Below are positions 29,261-39,870 of a stretch of 64,000 nt of DNA, piece after piece. How positions within the stretch are numbered: the first letter of the stretch is position 1; every line of letters begins with the position of its first letter. Below the pieces are notes generated by a model. That model saw only the letters and a program-made list of their open reading frames with translations, was not told where the DNA came from and searched no databases. The position numbers and the translations under genes are program-made. The stretch is from Candidatus Woesebacteria bacterium (GTDB lineage Bacteria > Patescibacteriota > Microgenomatia > UBA8517), in the NCBI GenBank assembly GCA_963716475.1, contig OY970314.1, forward strand, positions 692,790 to 756,789, in the 5' to 3' direction.

Positions 29261-30006
29261 CTCGTTAACACCTTGGGTCCTACTTCAGTTACCGCGACAG
29301 TATCTTCAAAAAGTCCTGATATTTTACCATCCCGCATGGCTATTGTCCACCCGTCTTCCAAAAGTTCGACTTTGTCGCTCCCTTTTGCATACATTACCTC
29401 AACTGCCAAAACCATACCTTTTTCTATCTTCGGGCTTTCCTCTCTTCTTCCCGGCACAAAACAGGGGATTTGAGGATCCTCGTGAAGCTCCCTGCCCACC
29501 CCATGGCCGACCAGTGCTTTTATGGTTGTATAACCCGCTTCCTCAATGGCGTCTTCAATAGCTTTGGAAATATCGTAAATATAATTGCCCTGCCTAACTA
29601 CTTTCAGGGCTTTACTTAAGGTATCATGGCCGGTATTCAGGAATTTCCGGTTTTCGGGACTTAAATCGATGCCAACCGAGATCGAAGTATCAGTATGAAA
29701 TCCCCCGTAATAAACCCCCACGTCAATACTGACCAGATCACCTTTTTTGAAAATCACGCTCGAGGCAGGAATTCCGTGAACCAAACCCTCATTTACGTTT
29801 ACACAGGTTGCCCAACGGTAGCCCGGGACTTTTTTAAAAGAGGCTTCAGCACCTTCTTCTTTTATAAGTTTTGCCGCCAGCTCCTCAATTTCTGAGGCTT
29901 TTACCCCGGCGGCAACGGCCGCGGCAAGAGCATTCTTTACTCTGCCTAGCTTTGCTCCACCCTCGGCCATAATTTGAATCTCCTCGGAAGTTTTTATTCG
30001 GATCAT
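29257..30006 (-). CDS. map: methionine aminopeptidase type I
   Basis: VNEGLVHGIP, SIDVG..GFHTD, GHGVGRELHEDP. Confidence 0.95.
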   Translation of the reverse strand: MIRIKTSEEIQIMAEGGAKLGRVKNALAAAVAAGVKASEIEELAAKLIKEEGAEASFKKVPGYRWATCVNVNEGLVHGIPASSVIFKKGDLVSIDVGVYYGGFHTDTSISVGIDLSPENRKFLNTGHDTLSKALKVVRQGNYIYDISKAIEDAIEEAGYTTIKALVGHGVGRELHEDPQIPCFVPGRREESPKIEKGMVLAVEVMYAKGSDKVELLEDGWTIAMRDGKISGLFEDTVAVTEVGPKVLTR

Positions 30007-30647
30007 TTTTTCAGCTTTTCTACGATTTTATGAAGATCTGAGGCAATCTCATCAATCGGGCGCTCTCCGTCTACTTTTGTTAATATTCCTTTATTGTCTA
30101 AATAGTCAATCAGTTCTTTTGTGTTTTCCTGGTAGTATTTAAAACGAACCTTGACAGATTCCGGGTTGTCGTCCTTTCTCTGAATTAATTTTCCGCCGCA
30201 TTTGTCGCAAATTCCGTCTTTCTTCGGAGGTTTGGTAACCGTATTAAAGTTCTCCCCGCAGCTTTCACAAACTCTTCTCGATGATATTCTTTCAATAGCG
30301 ACGCTTTCACTTACATCCAAGGATATTACTAAATCTATGGCGTCTCCTTTGGTACTCAGAAAATTTGCCAATGCTTCATATTGTGTTATGAATCTTGGAA
30401 ATCCCTCAAAAAGAATATTTTTTAGATCGGGTTTTTCGTCTTTTAAAAAGTCAAGAACATGCATTGTCATCTCTTCTGAAGGGATGAGTTTACCCGACTC
30501 AACAATCTCCTTAATTCTTGGGTCGGTTTGGGCCAATTTTCTTGATACGTCCCCCGTAGAAAGATGAAAAAGTCCGAATTCATGGCATAAAATATCGGCT
30601 TGTGTACCTTTGCCTGACGCCGGGGAACCAAGTAAAACTATATTCAT
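30003..30647 (-). CDS. adk: adenylate kinase with zinc LID
   Basis: [29 protein letters not shown]. Confidence 0.95.
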   Translation of the reverse strand: MNIVLLGSPASGKGTQADILCHEFGLFHLSTGDVSRKLAQTDPRIKEIVESGKLIPSEEMTMHVLDFLKDEKPDLKNILFEGFPRFITQYEALANFLSTKGDAIDLVISLDVSESVAIERISSRRVCESCGENFNTVTKPPKKDGICDKCGGKLIQRKDDNPESVKVRFKYYQENTKELIDYLDNKGILTKVDGERPIDEIASDLHKIVEKLKK

Positions 30648-31927
30648 TTGGTAAATCCTTCGTACTTTTCCATCACGAGTTCTCCCTCCATTTCACGGAT
30701 TAGCTGAAGCGCAACCGACACGAGGATTAAAACGCTTGTGCCCCCGATTGCGAGATTCGTGGCGCCAAGGGCATTTCTAAAAAGGGAAGGAAGTACCGCA
30801 ATAAGTCCCAGAAATGCCCCTCCCACAACCGTCAGGCGGGAAAGGACATGTCCCAAATATTTTTCGGTTTCCTTGCCGGGCCTAATTCCGGGAATAAATC
30901 CTCCGCCTTTTTGCAAATTTTCGGCCACTTTTTCGGGACTAAACACAACTGCCGTGTAAAAATAAGTAAATCCGAAAACCAGCAGGAAATAAACAACGTT
31001 GTATAGTGCCGACTGGGGGTTAAAGGCAGTGCTTACGGCCTTGGCAAATCCGGCTATCCCGGCATTCGGGACATTCGCCAAGAACTGCCCAAGAAGCGAC
31101 GGCAAAAGAACCAAAGATACAGCAAAAATGATAGGAATTACTCCCGCCTGATTCAACCTGAGAGGCAGATAAGAGGTTGCCCCAAGACCGCTCTCGGTCC
31201 GTCTTTTTGCATAGTGGATTGGTATTTGACGGGCCGCTTCGCTGACAAAAACCACAAGGCCGACTATGATTACGAAAATTATCACAAATAACGATATTTT
31301 TAAGATGTCCTGGGACTGGAAAATACTGGCGGATTGACCCAATGTAACGGGAAGTCTGGCCACGATTCCGGTAAAAATCAGGAGGGAAACCCCATCCTTA
31401 AAACCGTATTCACTGATAAGTTCCCCGAGCCAAACGGCAAAAATAGTCCCCGCCGTCATGGTTATAACAAGCGCAAGAAGATGAAGGGGATCGAGGGTGG
31501 TTATAACTTTTTGTCCCCTGAGAAGCGCGTACATTCCGAAAGCCTGAAGAGCCGCGAGAGGAACCGTTAAGAGTCTGGTGTACTGATTAATTTTCTCCTG
31601 ACCAAAGTCCCCCTCTTTCTGAAGCTCCTCTATAGCAGGGACTACATAGCCAAGTAGTTGCAGGATAATCGAGGCATTAATATATGGATTAAGCCCTAAT
31701 GCCAGAATTGAAAAGTTGGCCAAAGTTCCACCCGAAAATACGTCAAGAAGAGAAAGCAGCGGACTTCCGGCAAAAAGGGCGGCGAGCGTGGTTTTATCTA
31801 TACCGGAAGCCGGAATATGCCCCGCCAACCTGAAAACAATAAGGACAATGCCCGTGATCAGCAGCTTCTTCCTTATCGAAGGAGTTTTAACTACTTTTGA
31901 AAAAAATTGGCCGACGGACTTAAGCAT
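30644..31927 (-). CDS. secY: preprotein translocase subunit SecY
   Basis: [40 protein letters not shown]. Confidence 0.98.
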   Translation of the reverse strand: MLKSVGQFFSKVVKTPSIRKKLLITGIVLIVFRLAGHIPASGIDKTTLAALFAGSPLLSLLDVFSGGTLANFSILALGLNPYINASIILQLLGYVVPAIEELQKEGDFGQEKINQYTRLLTVPLAALQAFGMYALLRGQKVITTLDPLHLLALVITMTAGTIFAVWLGELISEYGFKDGVSLLIFTGIVARLPVTLGQSASIFQSQDILKISLFVIIFVIIVGLVVFVSEAARQIPIHYAKRRTESGLGATSYLPLRLNQAGVIPIIFAVSLVLLPSLLGQFLANVPNAGIAGFAKAVSTAFNPQSALYNVVYFLLVFGFTYFYTAVVFSPEKVAENLQKGGGFIPGIRPGKETEKYLGHVLSRLTVVGGAFLGLIAVLPSLFRNALGATNLAIGGTSVLILVSVALQLIREMEGELVMEKYEGFTK

Positions 31928-32060
31928 AAGCGGGTTAATTATATCTCAAAAGTGATCCTGAAAATAGTGCACAGGATTGAGGCTTATCCAAAGAGGATCT
32001 GTCTATTTCTTGCTTGTCTAAGAAATTGGAGAAAGAAAGAGAATGTTACAATAATAAGCA

Positions 32061-32693
32061 ATGAAGTTCTTTGTTTCGATAGCCGTCATCGCTTTTATTT
32101 CAACGGTTGTTTACTACTTAAGTAAGAAAAACAAACGGAGGGCTATTATTTTAACTGCCACGGTTGCTGTTTTGCTCCTGGGTTTTCTGGCTTTTACCAT
32201 GTATCGGGATACCACATTAAAGGATATTCAGTGCTCGACCCCCCACACAACCACAAACACCCCGCCGGCGAGTTTGAAAACCGCCATGGACTTCTTTCTA
32301 CAGGGAGATTATGACTACGATATAGGCAACTGCACCAAGGCAATTGCCGATTACACAACTTCAATCAAGCTTAATCCGAATTATCCGCAGACCTACAATA
32401 ATCGTGCTTATACTTTCATGCGTCTGCGCGATTATAAGAGCGCATTACCCGATTTAGATAAGGCAATTTCACTGAATCCAAACTATATTCAGGCTTTAAT
32501 GAACAGGGGCGATATTCACAATTATTATTACGCGATTGACAGAAAAAGCGCGATTGCCGATTATGAAAAAGTTATTGCACTTGGGGCAACTCGGGGAACA
32601 AGCGTTTGCGGGCATCTTTTCCTGGCCGAACACGACGGCTGGAACTTGGGAACTTTTTTCGGATTGCCCCTGGCGTATTTCAGATGCAAATAA
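32061..32693 (+). CDS. membrane-anchored TPR protein
   Basis: two N-terminal TM helices; TPR repeats (AIADY..I.LNP.Y..YNNRA). Confidence 0.85.
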   Translation: MKFFVSIAVIAFISTVVYYLSKKNKRRAIILTATVAVLLLGFLAFTMYRDTTLKDIQCSTPHTTTNTPPASLKTAMDFFLQGDYDYDIGNCTKAIADYTTSIKLNPNYPQTYNNRAYTFMRLRDYKSALPDLDKAISLNPNYIQALMNRGDIHNYYYAIDRKSAIADYEKVIALGATRGTSVCGHLFLAEHDGWNLGTFFGLPLAYFRCK

Positions 32694-32767
32694 CCGGTCT
32701 CTTCAGCTTCTTCACAGATTAAACCGCTATACTGCCCCTCTACCTAAAATATTGGAGGTGAATAAAT

Positions 32768-33004
32768 ATGAAAACAATGACATGCAGACAAATGGGAGGC
32801 CCTTGCGATATGGCGATTCACGCCGCCTCTCCCCAAGAAATGATGGCAGAAGGAGGAAAACATCTTAAGGAAATGGCAGACAAAGGAGACGAGGAGCATA
32901 AAAAAGCTCTTGCAATGATGGATAAAGGTCCGGATACCCCGGAGAATAAGGCGTGGATGGATAAGCTTACGGCAGATTTTGCCGCGCTCCCCGTAGACCA
33001 ATAA
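32768..33004 (+). CDS. DUF1059-like small metal-binding protein
   Basis: MKTMTCRQMGGPCD..H pattern; strong SD GGAGGTGA. Confidence 0.7.
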   Translation: MKTMTCRQMGGPCDMAIHAASPQEMMAEGGKHLKEMADKGDEEHKKALAMMDKGPDTPENKAWMDKLTADFAALPVDQ

Positions 33005-33058
33005 GGAGAAAATTGAAATTCAAATGTAGATTGTCGGGGAAGCCACGAATCGGGCAGG

Positions 33059-33412
33059 TTATGTGGCTTCCTCGTTCTTTTTAACACGTGCCTTTATTAA
33101 CTTTTTTATTAACTCCACCGGAAGTTTTTTATCGAGGGGGAATTGGATTGTACTCACCGCAGTTTTATAATCCTTAAGTTCACTTTTAAATTCTTCCACA
33201 ACCGGAGGCATAACATATAGCCCTATGTGAGTTTTGAAAAGGGCAAAATAGGCCAGACGGCCTCTGTACCCGTAATAAGGCATTCCGTAACTAATTTTTT
33301 CCTCCGCCTTAGGGACGGTCGATTTTATTATTTTCCGAAGCTCCTTCAGTTTTTCCCGAACCTCTATCGGAGAATTTTCAATGTATTCATCTACACTTCT
33401 TAGTTGTGCCAT
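33059..33412 (-). CDS. DUF1801 / YdhG-like protein
   Basis: SVDEYI..LR.II..P.AEEKISYGMP..F..FK.HIGLY..TIQFPLDK.LP. Confidence 0.9.
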   Translation of the reverse strand: MAQLRSVDEYIENSPIEVREKLKELRKIIKSTVPKAEEKISYGMPYYGYRGRLAYFALFKTHIGLYVMPPVVEEFKSELKDYKTAVSTIQFPLDKKLPVELIKKLIKARVKKNEEAT

Positions 33413-33518
33413 AACCGGATTGTATCAAAACCCAACTGGGAAGTTTCTGAAAAGTTATGAATAATTGAATTTCTATTTGCTTCTCAAGACTTGATTCTTT
33501 ACAATTTGGACATATTCT

Positions 33519-34352
33519 ATGACTTGGTTTTTATTCGCACTTTTGGCAGCCATTACATGGGGAGTCGGCCAAATTCTTATCAAAAAAGGGTTTGAGCACA
33601 CGACTGCTTTATTTAATAATTTTTTAGCAACCATTTTCGGTTGCCTGATATTTATTCCCTTCTCTTTAATTGGCGGGGTTAATTGGTCTCTCTTCCCAGG
33701 TATTCTTATTATAGCCTTACTGGCAGCAGTACCCAATCTAATTTATTATTACGCCGCAGAAAAAGGAGAAATTTCACTTACCGGAACACTTATTGCAACA
33801 TACCCCATTTTTACTATTTTATTATCTAGTCTATTCTTGGGCGAGCATATAGACATCTTCCAAAAATTAGCAGTTCTCGTCATAATAATCGGTTCTTTTT
33901 TGGTTTCAAAACCCAGTAAGTTTACTTTCAAACTCGAATCTTGGGTGGTTTGGGGGTTCTTTGCAGCAATAATGATTGGATTTGCGGATTATATTGGAAA
34001 AGTTGCCTTGATAAAATTCGACATTTATTCATTTATGTTCGCCTTTTCCCTGAGCTACATAGTAACAATTATTATAAATTTCATCCTTGATAAAAAGGGA
34101 AGAAAATTCCCGAGAATTACCGAGAGAAAGTTTATTCCGACTCTGAGCGGCACCTTTATGATGGAATTTGGGCTATTGTTATTTTATTTAGCTCTAAACA
34201 CCGGAAAGGCTTCGCTAGTTTCTCCAATTTCAAGTTCTTATATGGCCCTTACCATAGTTTTGGCAGTGATATTTCTTAAAGAGAAAACCACGAAAACCCA
34301 ACTGGTTGGAGTGGCCCTGGCTGCAGCTGGTATTATTCTTATTGGAATTTAG
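33519..34352 (+). CDS. EamA/DMT family transporter
   Basis: about 10 TM helices in two EamA halves (P.FT..LS..FLGE; S.VSPI..LA.IFLKEK). Confidence 0.9.
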   Translation: MTWFLFALLAAITWGVGQILIKKGFEHTTALFNNFLATIFGCLIFIPFSLIGGVNWSLFPGILIIALLAAVPNLIYYYAAEKGEISLTGTLIATYPIFTILLSSLFLGEHIDIFQKLAVLVIIIGSFLVSKPSKFTFKLESWVVWGFFAAIMIGFADYIGKVALIKFDIYSFMFAFSLSYIVTIIINFILDKKGRKFPRITERKFIPTLSGTFMMEFGLLLFYLALNTGKASLVSPISSSYMALTIVLAVIFLKEKTTKTQLVGVALAAAGIILIGI

Positions 34353-34430
34353 GTGAAAGCTATAGCACGAGTCAGATCGAAATACTTCTGAAAAGTTGAT
34401 CTTTGAATAATTCGGAGTATAAAGATCTAT

Positions 34431-34937
34431 ATGTCAGAGCGGTTGAATGAATATGTTTGGGTTCCGACTCCGGAAGATTCGGCAAGAGAGCGGGTGTTTA
34501 TAAAATCGGAAATCCAAGAACTGGGTGAAACAAAAATTGACGATCTTGTACTTGTAGCGACTAAGTACGGGGGCAATGTATATGACCCATACTCCCATTA
34601 TGGCGTAGGTGCAGCCTTGTTAACTGTTGGTGGAAGAATGTATGGCGGAAGTAATTCAGAAAACGTCGCTTATTCACCAACAAACCACGCCGAAGGATCC
34701 GCAATAGCTTCTGCCAACAGTGAGGGAGAGGCGAGGAAGCAAAGAAAATATATTAAAGCAATTGCCATAAGCCATGATGGAGATACCGGTCCCTGTGGTG
34801 AATGTCTACAAAGAATTATCGAACACACAGATGATTGCCTTATTATCGTTGCCGACCCCGAGGGTAAAATAAGAAGGATTACTTCGCTTGTTGCCTGTCT
34901 CCCATACAACTTTAATCCTTCACATTTGGGAAAATAA
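34431..34937 (+). CDS. cdd: cytidine deaminase
   Basis: YDPYSHYGVGAAL, GSNSEN, HAE and PCGEC zinc motifs. Confidence 0.88.
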   Translation: MSERLNEYVWVPTPEDSARERVFIKSEIQELGETKIDDLVLVATKYGGNVYDPYSHYGVGAALLTVGGRMYGGSNSENVAYSPTNHAEGSAIASANSEGEARKQRKYIKAIAISHDGDTGPCGECLQRIIEHTDDCLIIVADPEGKIRRITSLVACLPYNFNPSHLGK

Positions 34938-34940
34938 ATC

Positions 34941-35603
34941 TTATGGGCATTCGGGGGACTTGGTGAAACCTGCGGATTTGGCTTCTTTGTCCGAACAAAA
35001 CCAATCCTCACCTTTGAATTTTTCTATAATAGTCGAGGTGTAGTGGTTGCAGCCGGGAACAAAATATACTTTAGTTCCATCCGATTGTGTAATATTCCCT
35101 TTGATGACACACTTCGGATTTGGCGGACTTAACTGATAGCATTTTGACGAAAATATTCCCAAGCTTTTAGCTTTAGCGAAGTCTTCGGCGGCATTTATCG
35201 CATCCGTCTCCGTTCCCGCGTCTCTATGGCTTTCGGCAAAGCCGTTCTTGACCATGTATTCGTTTACCGATTCACCATTAAGATAAACAAGGGCCATAAC
35301 GCGTCTATAGATATCGGTTTTTAATTCTTTTAAAACGACTGTCTTGCCCGAAATCTTTTTGGTTAACGCCACTTTTGCCTCCTGTCCAAAACAATATTGA
35401 AGTTCGGGGGCATCAGCGCCGTATAAACGGATTGTTTGGTCGTTTCCGATTTTAAAAGAATCCCCATCAATTACTGCAACAACTTTTTCTCCCGGAGTAA
35501 TAACTTTTTTAGCAACACCAACGCTTCCTGCGATTATGGCAGTTGCTCCGACTGCCAATACAACTTTTTTCCAAGACAGCTTTTTCCTTTTGGTCCGGAG
35601 CAT
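34941..35603 (-). CDS. thermonuclease (SNase-like) family protein, secreted or anchored
   Basis: VIDGDS, IRLYGADAPE, D.YRR..A, C-terminal C.IKGNI..WFCS..EA..AGF. Confidence 0.9.
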   Translation of the reverse strand: MLRTKRKKLSWKKVVLAVGATAIIAGSVGVAKKVITPGEKVVAVIDGDSFKIGNDQTIRLYGADAPELQYCFGQEAKVALTKKISGKTVVLKELKTDIYRRVMALVYLNGESVNEYMVKNGFAESHRDAGTETDAINAAEDFAKAKSLGIFSSKCYQLSPPNPKCVIKGNITQSDGTKVYFVPGCNHYTSTIIEKFKGEDWFCSDKEAKSAGFTKSPECP

Positions 35604-35656
35604 TAATTTATCGTATCACAAGTACGAAGAAGTAATTTTGTGTTAATATCCTAACT

Positions 35657-36247
35657 ATGACAGAGGCAGATATTTTGGAATTGATTAAGAACGATTCTTG
35701 GATGGTGAAGGTTCTTATGGCAACTAAAAGTCTGGATCTTCCCGATTGGTGGATCGGTGCAGGTTTTGTACGAGGAAAGGTTTGGGATACTCTTCATAAA
35801 TATTCTTCGAGAACCCCGCTAACTGACATCGATGTAATTTACTACGATAAAAAAGATTTTTCTGAAGATGAAGCGGGTAAAGAGTCAACCCGACAGGAAA
35901 AAACTTATGAACAAAAACTAAATAAGTTAATTACGGGGGTTAATTGGTCAGTAACAAATCAAGCACGTATGCATGTGTATCACAATACAAAACCTTATAA
36001 ATCCTCCGAAGAAGGATTGGGAGACTGGGTTGAAACAGCAACTTGTGTGGGAGTTAAAATCGATAAAAACGGCGATTATGTCCTAACCGCTCCCCATGGA
36101 ATCGATGACTTGGTGAATTTAATCCTTCGGCCTACTACAAAAACAGAAAGAAATTTGAAAGAGTTTGATAGAAGAGTAACCAATAAAAAATGGCTTATCA
36201 AATGGCCGAAACTGAAGGTTGAGAATTTTCTTCAGCAATCTCTCTGA
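35657..36247 (+). CDS. nucleotidyltransferase family protein (DUF925-like)
   Basis: LPDWWIGAGFVR..VWD, DIDVIYYD, WSVTNQARMH, APHGIDDL, KWP.L. Confidence 0.88.
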   Translation: MTEADILELIKNDSWMVKVLMATKSLDLPDWWIGAGFVRGKVWDTLHKYSSRTPLTDIDVIYYDKKDFSEDEAGKESTRQEKTYEQKLNKLITGVNWSVTNQARMHVYHNTKPYKSSEEGLGDWVETATCVGVKIDKNGDYVLTAPHGIDDLVNLILRPTTKTERNLKEFDRRVTNKKWLIKWPKLKVENFLQQSL

Positions 36248-36497
36248 TAGCTTCTACTATTCCTACCGGTAAATCGTATGACCATATTTGCCTGGCTAAA
36301 TCATTATTCTCTTCACCACCATCTTCACCGGAAGACTCCCAAAATGCATCGATACCATCCTTAAAAACACTATTTCCGGACTCTTGAAGCATTTTGGATA
36401 TTCCTTTATCTGTATAGATTTTCTCCAAAATATTTTTAGGATAATCCGAGAGAAATATTCTTACTTCTTGTCCGGCTCCCGGAATTTCTTTTATCAC
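36198..36497 (-). CDS. hypothetical protein
   Basis: 3' part of ORF 36198-36650 that does not overlap rplO; GTG 36497 follows TATCAT. Confidence 0.45.
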   Translation of the reverse strand: MIKEIPGAGQEVRIFLSDYPKNILEKIYTDKGISKMLQESGNSVFKDGIDAFWESSGEDGGEENNDLARQIWSYDLPVGIVEAIREIAEENSQPSVSAI

Positions 36498-36549
36498 ACT
36501 GTAAAAAATGATACTACAAATTGGCCGGGGATAATATAACCTTTTGGGT

Positions 36550-36987
36550 TTATTTTGAAGCTTTAGCCGGTTTTTCGGGGACAACCACAATCGATCTTTT
36601 GGAGGTTGAGACGGAAAACTTAAATTTCTTTTTGTTGTCGCCGATTCCAACTATTTTGACTCCTTTGAGTTTGGCGAGAGCGGCCTTGAGAATTCCGTGT
36701 TTAACCAAAAGTTCTGTCGTAACCACGCTTCCTGCCGATAAAACTTCAAGCCGGGCGTAGCTTATGGAAACCGGTTTTGAATTGACGTGGAATTTTCCCT
36801 TGCCGCGCATTTTGGGAAGTCTTTTAAGTAAAGATTTCTTTACTTTCATTCCTTCAAAAAGAACGTTTATTTTTCCACGGCTCTTCTGTCCTTTTTGACC
36901 ATGACTACTGGTGTGGCTTCCTTTGCCGCTTCCCATACCGCGTCCCAGTCTTTTTTTCGATTTGGCTACAACTTTAGGTAAATTCAT
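36550..36987 (-). CDS. rplO: 50S ribosomal protein L15
   Basis: KRLGRGMGSGKG, GQKGQKSR, RLPK. Confidence 0.95.
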   Translation of the reverse strand: MNLPKVVAKSKKRLGRGMGSGKGSHTSSHGQKGQKSRGKINVLFEGMKVKKSLLKRLPKMRGKGKFHVNSKPVSISYARLEVLSAGSVVTTELLVKHGILKAALAKLKGVKIVGIGDNKKKFKFSVSTSKRSIVVVPEKPAKASK

Positions 36988-36991
36988 ATTT

Positions 36992-37483
36992 TTATTTCCT
37001 CCTTGCCTCTACTATTCCTGATATGGTTTCAAGAGCTTTTAATGTTGCGTAAACATTGGAAATTTTATTTTTAGTTCCCAAAATTTTACCTACTGCATCG
37101 CGAATTCCTGCGGCTTCCAAAACAACTCTCATCGGTCCTCCCGCAATAATTCCGGATCCGGGAGGCGCTGGCTTAAGCAAAATTTTTGCCGCCGAGAATT
37201 TTTCGTTAACGGAATAGGGGACAGTTGTGCCGGCGAGAGGGACCACAATCATTTTTCTTTTGGCCGCTTCTACCGATTTTCTGATGGCATTTCGAACATC
37301 AGTTGCTTTGGCAAGACCGACCCCGACTTTGCCTTTCCTGTCTCCCACTACAACCAGAGCCGAAAATCTGATTTGGTTTCCGCCTTTGGTCTTTTTGGAA
37401 ATTCTATTGATTTGGACCACTGTTTCCTCAAACTCTTTGGGTGGGCCTTCGAAATTTGTGTTTCTGTTTCTGCTAAATCCCAT
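36992..37483 (-). CDS. rpsE: 30S ribosomal protein S5
   Basis: KGG..RFSALVVVGD, PAPPGSGIIAGG. Confidence 0.98.
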   Translation of the reverse strand: MGFSRNRNTNFEGPPKEFEETVVQINRISKKTKGGNQIRFSALVVVGDRKGKVGVGLAKATDVRNAIRKSVEAAKRKMIVVPLAGTTVPYSVNEKFSAAKILLKPAPPGSGIIAGGPMRVVLEAAGIRDAVGKILGTKNKISNVYATLKALETISGIVEARRK

Positions 37484-37495
37484 ATTTATATTTGG

Positions 37496-37852
37496 TTAAA
37501 AAACCAAGCCTCCTTTTCTTGCACCTTCAGCGAGAGCTTTAACTCTGCCGTGGTACATAAATCCGTTTCTGTCAAAAACTACGGTTTTAATTTTTTTAGC
37601 TAAAGCCTTTTTGGCAATTTCTTCACCAACCGTTCCGGCTATTTGTGTCTTTGTCATCTTCTCTTTTTTAATTTTAATATCCGAGTAGGTTAATAAAGTC
37701 TTGCCTTTTTCATCATCAATAATTTGCCCGTAAATATGGATATTGGATCTAAAAACCGAAAGTCTCGGACGACCCGTTGTTCCGATAACTTTGGCTCTGA
37801 CTCGCCTTTTTCTTTGATCGTATCTTTTTGCTTTGATTTCTTTGCTTCTCAT
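37496..37852 (-). CDS. rplR: 50S ribosomal protein L18
   Basis: [31 protein letters not shown]. Confidence 0.97.
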   Translation of the reverse strand: MRSKEIKAKRYDQRKRRVRAKVIGTTGRPRLSVFRSNIHIYGQIIDDEKGKTLLTYSDIKIKKEKMTKTQIAGTVGEEIAKKALAKKIKTVVFDRNGFMYHGRVKALAEGARKGGLVF

Positions 37853-37859
37853 ATAAATA

Positions 37860-38420
37860 TTAGGCAGCGGCCGCAGGACCGGCTTTGGCAGCGGCTGCTT
37901 TACCCGCTTTCCTTCTTATAACCTCGTCCACATATTTTATTCCTTTGCCTTTGTAGGGTTCCGGAGGTCTTACTCCGCGGATATCCGCAGCAACCTGTCC
38001 CACAACTTCCCTATTAATTCCGTCAACCGTAATGAACGCCTTTTCCACTTTAAAAGTAATTCCTTCCGGGGCTTCAATCTTAACCGGGTGATTATACCCC
38101 ACAGTCAGGGATATGGCCGAACCAACCACTTCCGCTTTAAAACCCGTCCCCACAAGTTCAAGTTTCTTAAACCATCCCTCCGAAACTCCTTTAACATCAT
38201 TGTTGATTAAAGCCCTAATTGTTCCGTGCAAAGACATAATGTACTTTCCGCTTCCCTTAGCACTAACGAGGACCTTTCCTTCTTTAACTTCGACATTAAT
38301 TTCCGGAGGAAAATGTTTTTCCAAAGTTCCTTTTGGCCCTGTAACTTTTACCGTGTGGCCATTGACCTCTACCGTAACTCCCGCCGGAATTAATACCGGT
38401 TGTTTTCCTATTTTACTCAT
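37860..38420 (-). CDS. rplF: 50S ribosomal protein L6
   Basis: [25 protein letters not shown]. Confidence 0.98.
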   Translation of the reverse strand: MSKIGKQPVLIPAGVTVEVNGHTVKVTGPKGTLEKHFPPEINVEVKEGKVLVSAKGSGKYIMSLHGTIRALINNDVKGVSEGWFKKLELVGTGFKAEVVGSAISLTVGYNHPVKIEAPEGITFKVEKAFITVDGINREVVGQVAADIRGVRPPEPYKGKGIKYVDEVIRRKAGKAAAAKAGPAAAA

Positions 38421-38424
38421 ATAA

Positions 38425-38817
38425 TTAAGACCAAATTTGGGCGATGACTTCCCCGCCGATCCTTAGTTTAACTGCGTCTTTAGATGAAATTATCCCTTTT
38501 GGCGACGTAATAAGATAAGTTGAAGGGCCTTTCTTTTTGTCTATTTCGTCAACTCCCATATAAATTCTTAAGCCCGGTTTTGAGATAAGCCTTAGATCCA
38601 TTATGACCGGCTTCTTGTTTTTGAAAGCCAGCGTAACGGTCAGAACTTCTTTATCCTTTTTGACTGTGTCCAAAAATCCGAGTTTCTTAAGCGCTTCGGC
38701 AATGGCCACAATCTGCTTCTCGGCTTTATATTCCACGCTTTTATTGCCGGCCATCGCGGTATTTTTAATTCTTATCAAAAAGTCTCCGACCGAATAATTT
38801 GAAAATGTGTTTTTCAT
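38425..38817 (-). CDS. rpsH: 30S ribosomal protein S8
   Basis: DFLIRIKN, ISKPGLRIY, IGGEVI; start taken at ATG 38817. Confidence 0.95.
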   Translation of the reverse strand: MKNTFSNYSVGDFLIRIKNTAMAGNKSVEYKAEKQIVAIAEALKKLGFLDTVKKDKEVLTVTLAFKNKKPVIMDLRLISKPGLRIYMGVDEIDKKKGPSTYLITSPKGIISSKDAVKLRIGGEVIAQIWS

Positions 38818-38818
38818 A

Positions 38819-39004
38819 TTACCAAGATGCCTTTCTGACACCGGGTATTTCTCCCTTTAGGGCATATTCCCTGAAACAAAGTCTGCAAATTCCGAATTTG
38901 CGCAAGTATCCACGCGACCTCCCGCAGATTTTACATCTGTTGTGATATCGGACTTTGAACTTTAATTTTTTAGTTTCTCTTACTTCCTTTGCAGTCGTTG
39001 ACAT
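38819..39004 (-). CDS. rpsN: 30S ribosomal protein S14 (zinc type Z)
   Basis: RCKICGR..CRLCFRE..GEIPGV.KASW. Confidence 0.97.
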   Translation of the reverse strand: MSTTAKEVRETKKLKFKVRYHNRCKICGRSRGYLRKFGICRLCFREYALKGEIPGVRKASW

Positions 39005-39008
39005 ATAT

Positions 39009-39554
39009 TTATTCTTTCACAAATGGGCAACCCATCAGTTCCAACAGTCTTTTTGCCTTTTCAGGTTCCCCTGCGGTTGTAACAATAGTAATTTCGAGTC
39101 CGTGGGCCGCGGCAGCCTTTGCCGGATCAACTTCGGGAAAAACCGTGTGTTCCTCAAATCCTAACGTATAATTACCCCTTTTATCAAAAGACTTCAAAGA
39201 TACTCCCCTAAAATCCCTAAGACGCGGCAGGGCTATCGAAAAAAGCCTGTCCAAAAACGAATACATACGTTCTCCCCTTAAAGTAACGCTAAGCCCCACA
39301 GGCATCCCGGCCCGAAGGTTAAAGCTTGCAATCGAAACCTTAGCATTCCGGATTGACGGAGCCTGTCCGGTGATGGCTGCAATGTCCCTCTTCAGGTTAT
39401 CCATTTGCTCCTTATTTTTAGCTGCAGCTCCGACGCCCATGTTTACAACAACTTTATCAACAACCGGAACAGCGTGGCTGTTTTTTATATCAAACTCTTT
39501 TGCAAGAGTTACCTTTATTTCTTTTTCAAATTTTTCCTGTAATCTGGTAATCAT
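39009..39554 (-). CDS. rplE: 50S ribosomal protein L5
   Basis: [28 protein letters not shown]. Confidence 0.98.
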   Translation of the reverse strand: MITRLQEKFEKEIKVTLAKEFDIKNSHAVPVVDKVVVNMGVGAAAKNKEQMDNLKRDIAAITGQAPSIRNAKVSIASFNLRAGMPVGLSVTLRGERMYSFLDRLFSIALPRLRDFRGVSLKSFDKRGNYTLGFEEHTVFPEVDPAKAAAAHGLEITIVTTAGEPEKAKRLLELMGCPFVKE

Positions 39555-39865
39555 TTTGCGTCAATCTCCTTCTTACATTTTTTGCATATCCTGACTTTTT
39601 CTTCTCCCGCGAATTTAAAACCGACTCTGGTTATTTTTTTGCATTTTGGGCAAATAAGGGCGATTTTGCCAAAACCTAAGGGGCGGGGAATCGGGTAAAT
39701 CCCACCCTTAACATCGCCAAAACCTTTGACATGCTTTTTATAAAGGTTAACTTCGGGAATTATGACTTTTTCCTCGGCGGGTATGATTTTTTCAATTTTG
39801 CCTTCCCTGCCTTTGTCTTTCCCTATCATTATTTTGACTTGGTCCCCAACTTTAAATTTGATCAT
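39551..39865 (-). CDS. rplX: 50S ribosomal protein L24
   Basis: KVGDQV....GKDKG.EG; CxxC pairs in the C-terminus. Confidence 0.95.
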   Translation of the reverse strand: MIKFKVGDQVKIMIGKDKGREGKIEKIIPAEEKVIIPEVNLYKKHVKGFGDVKGGIYPIPRPLGFGKIALICPKCKKITRVGFKFAGEEKVRICKKCKKEIDAK

Positions 39866-39870
39866 AAAGA

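Noticed and set aside
36498-36650. N-terminal part of the 150-aa ORF
   Set aside because: It overlaps rplO; a later GTG with a -10 box is more plausible.
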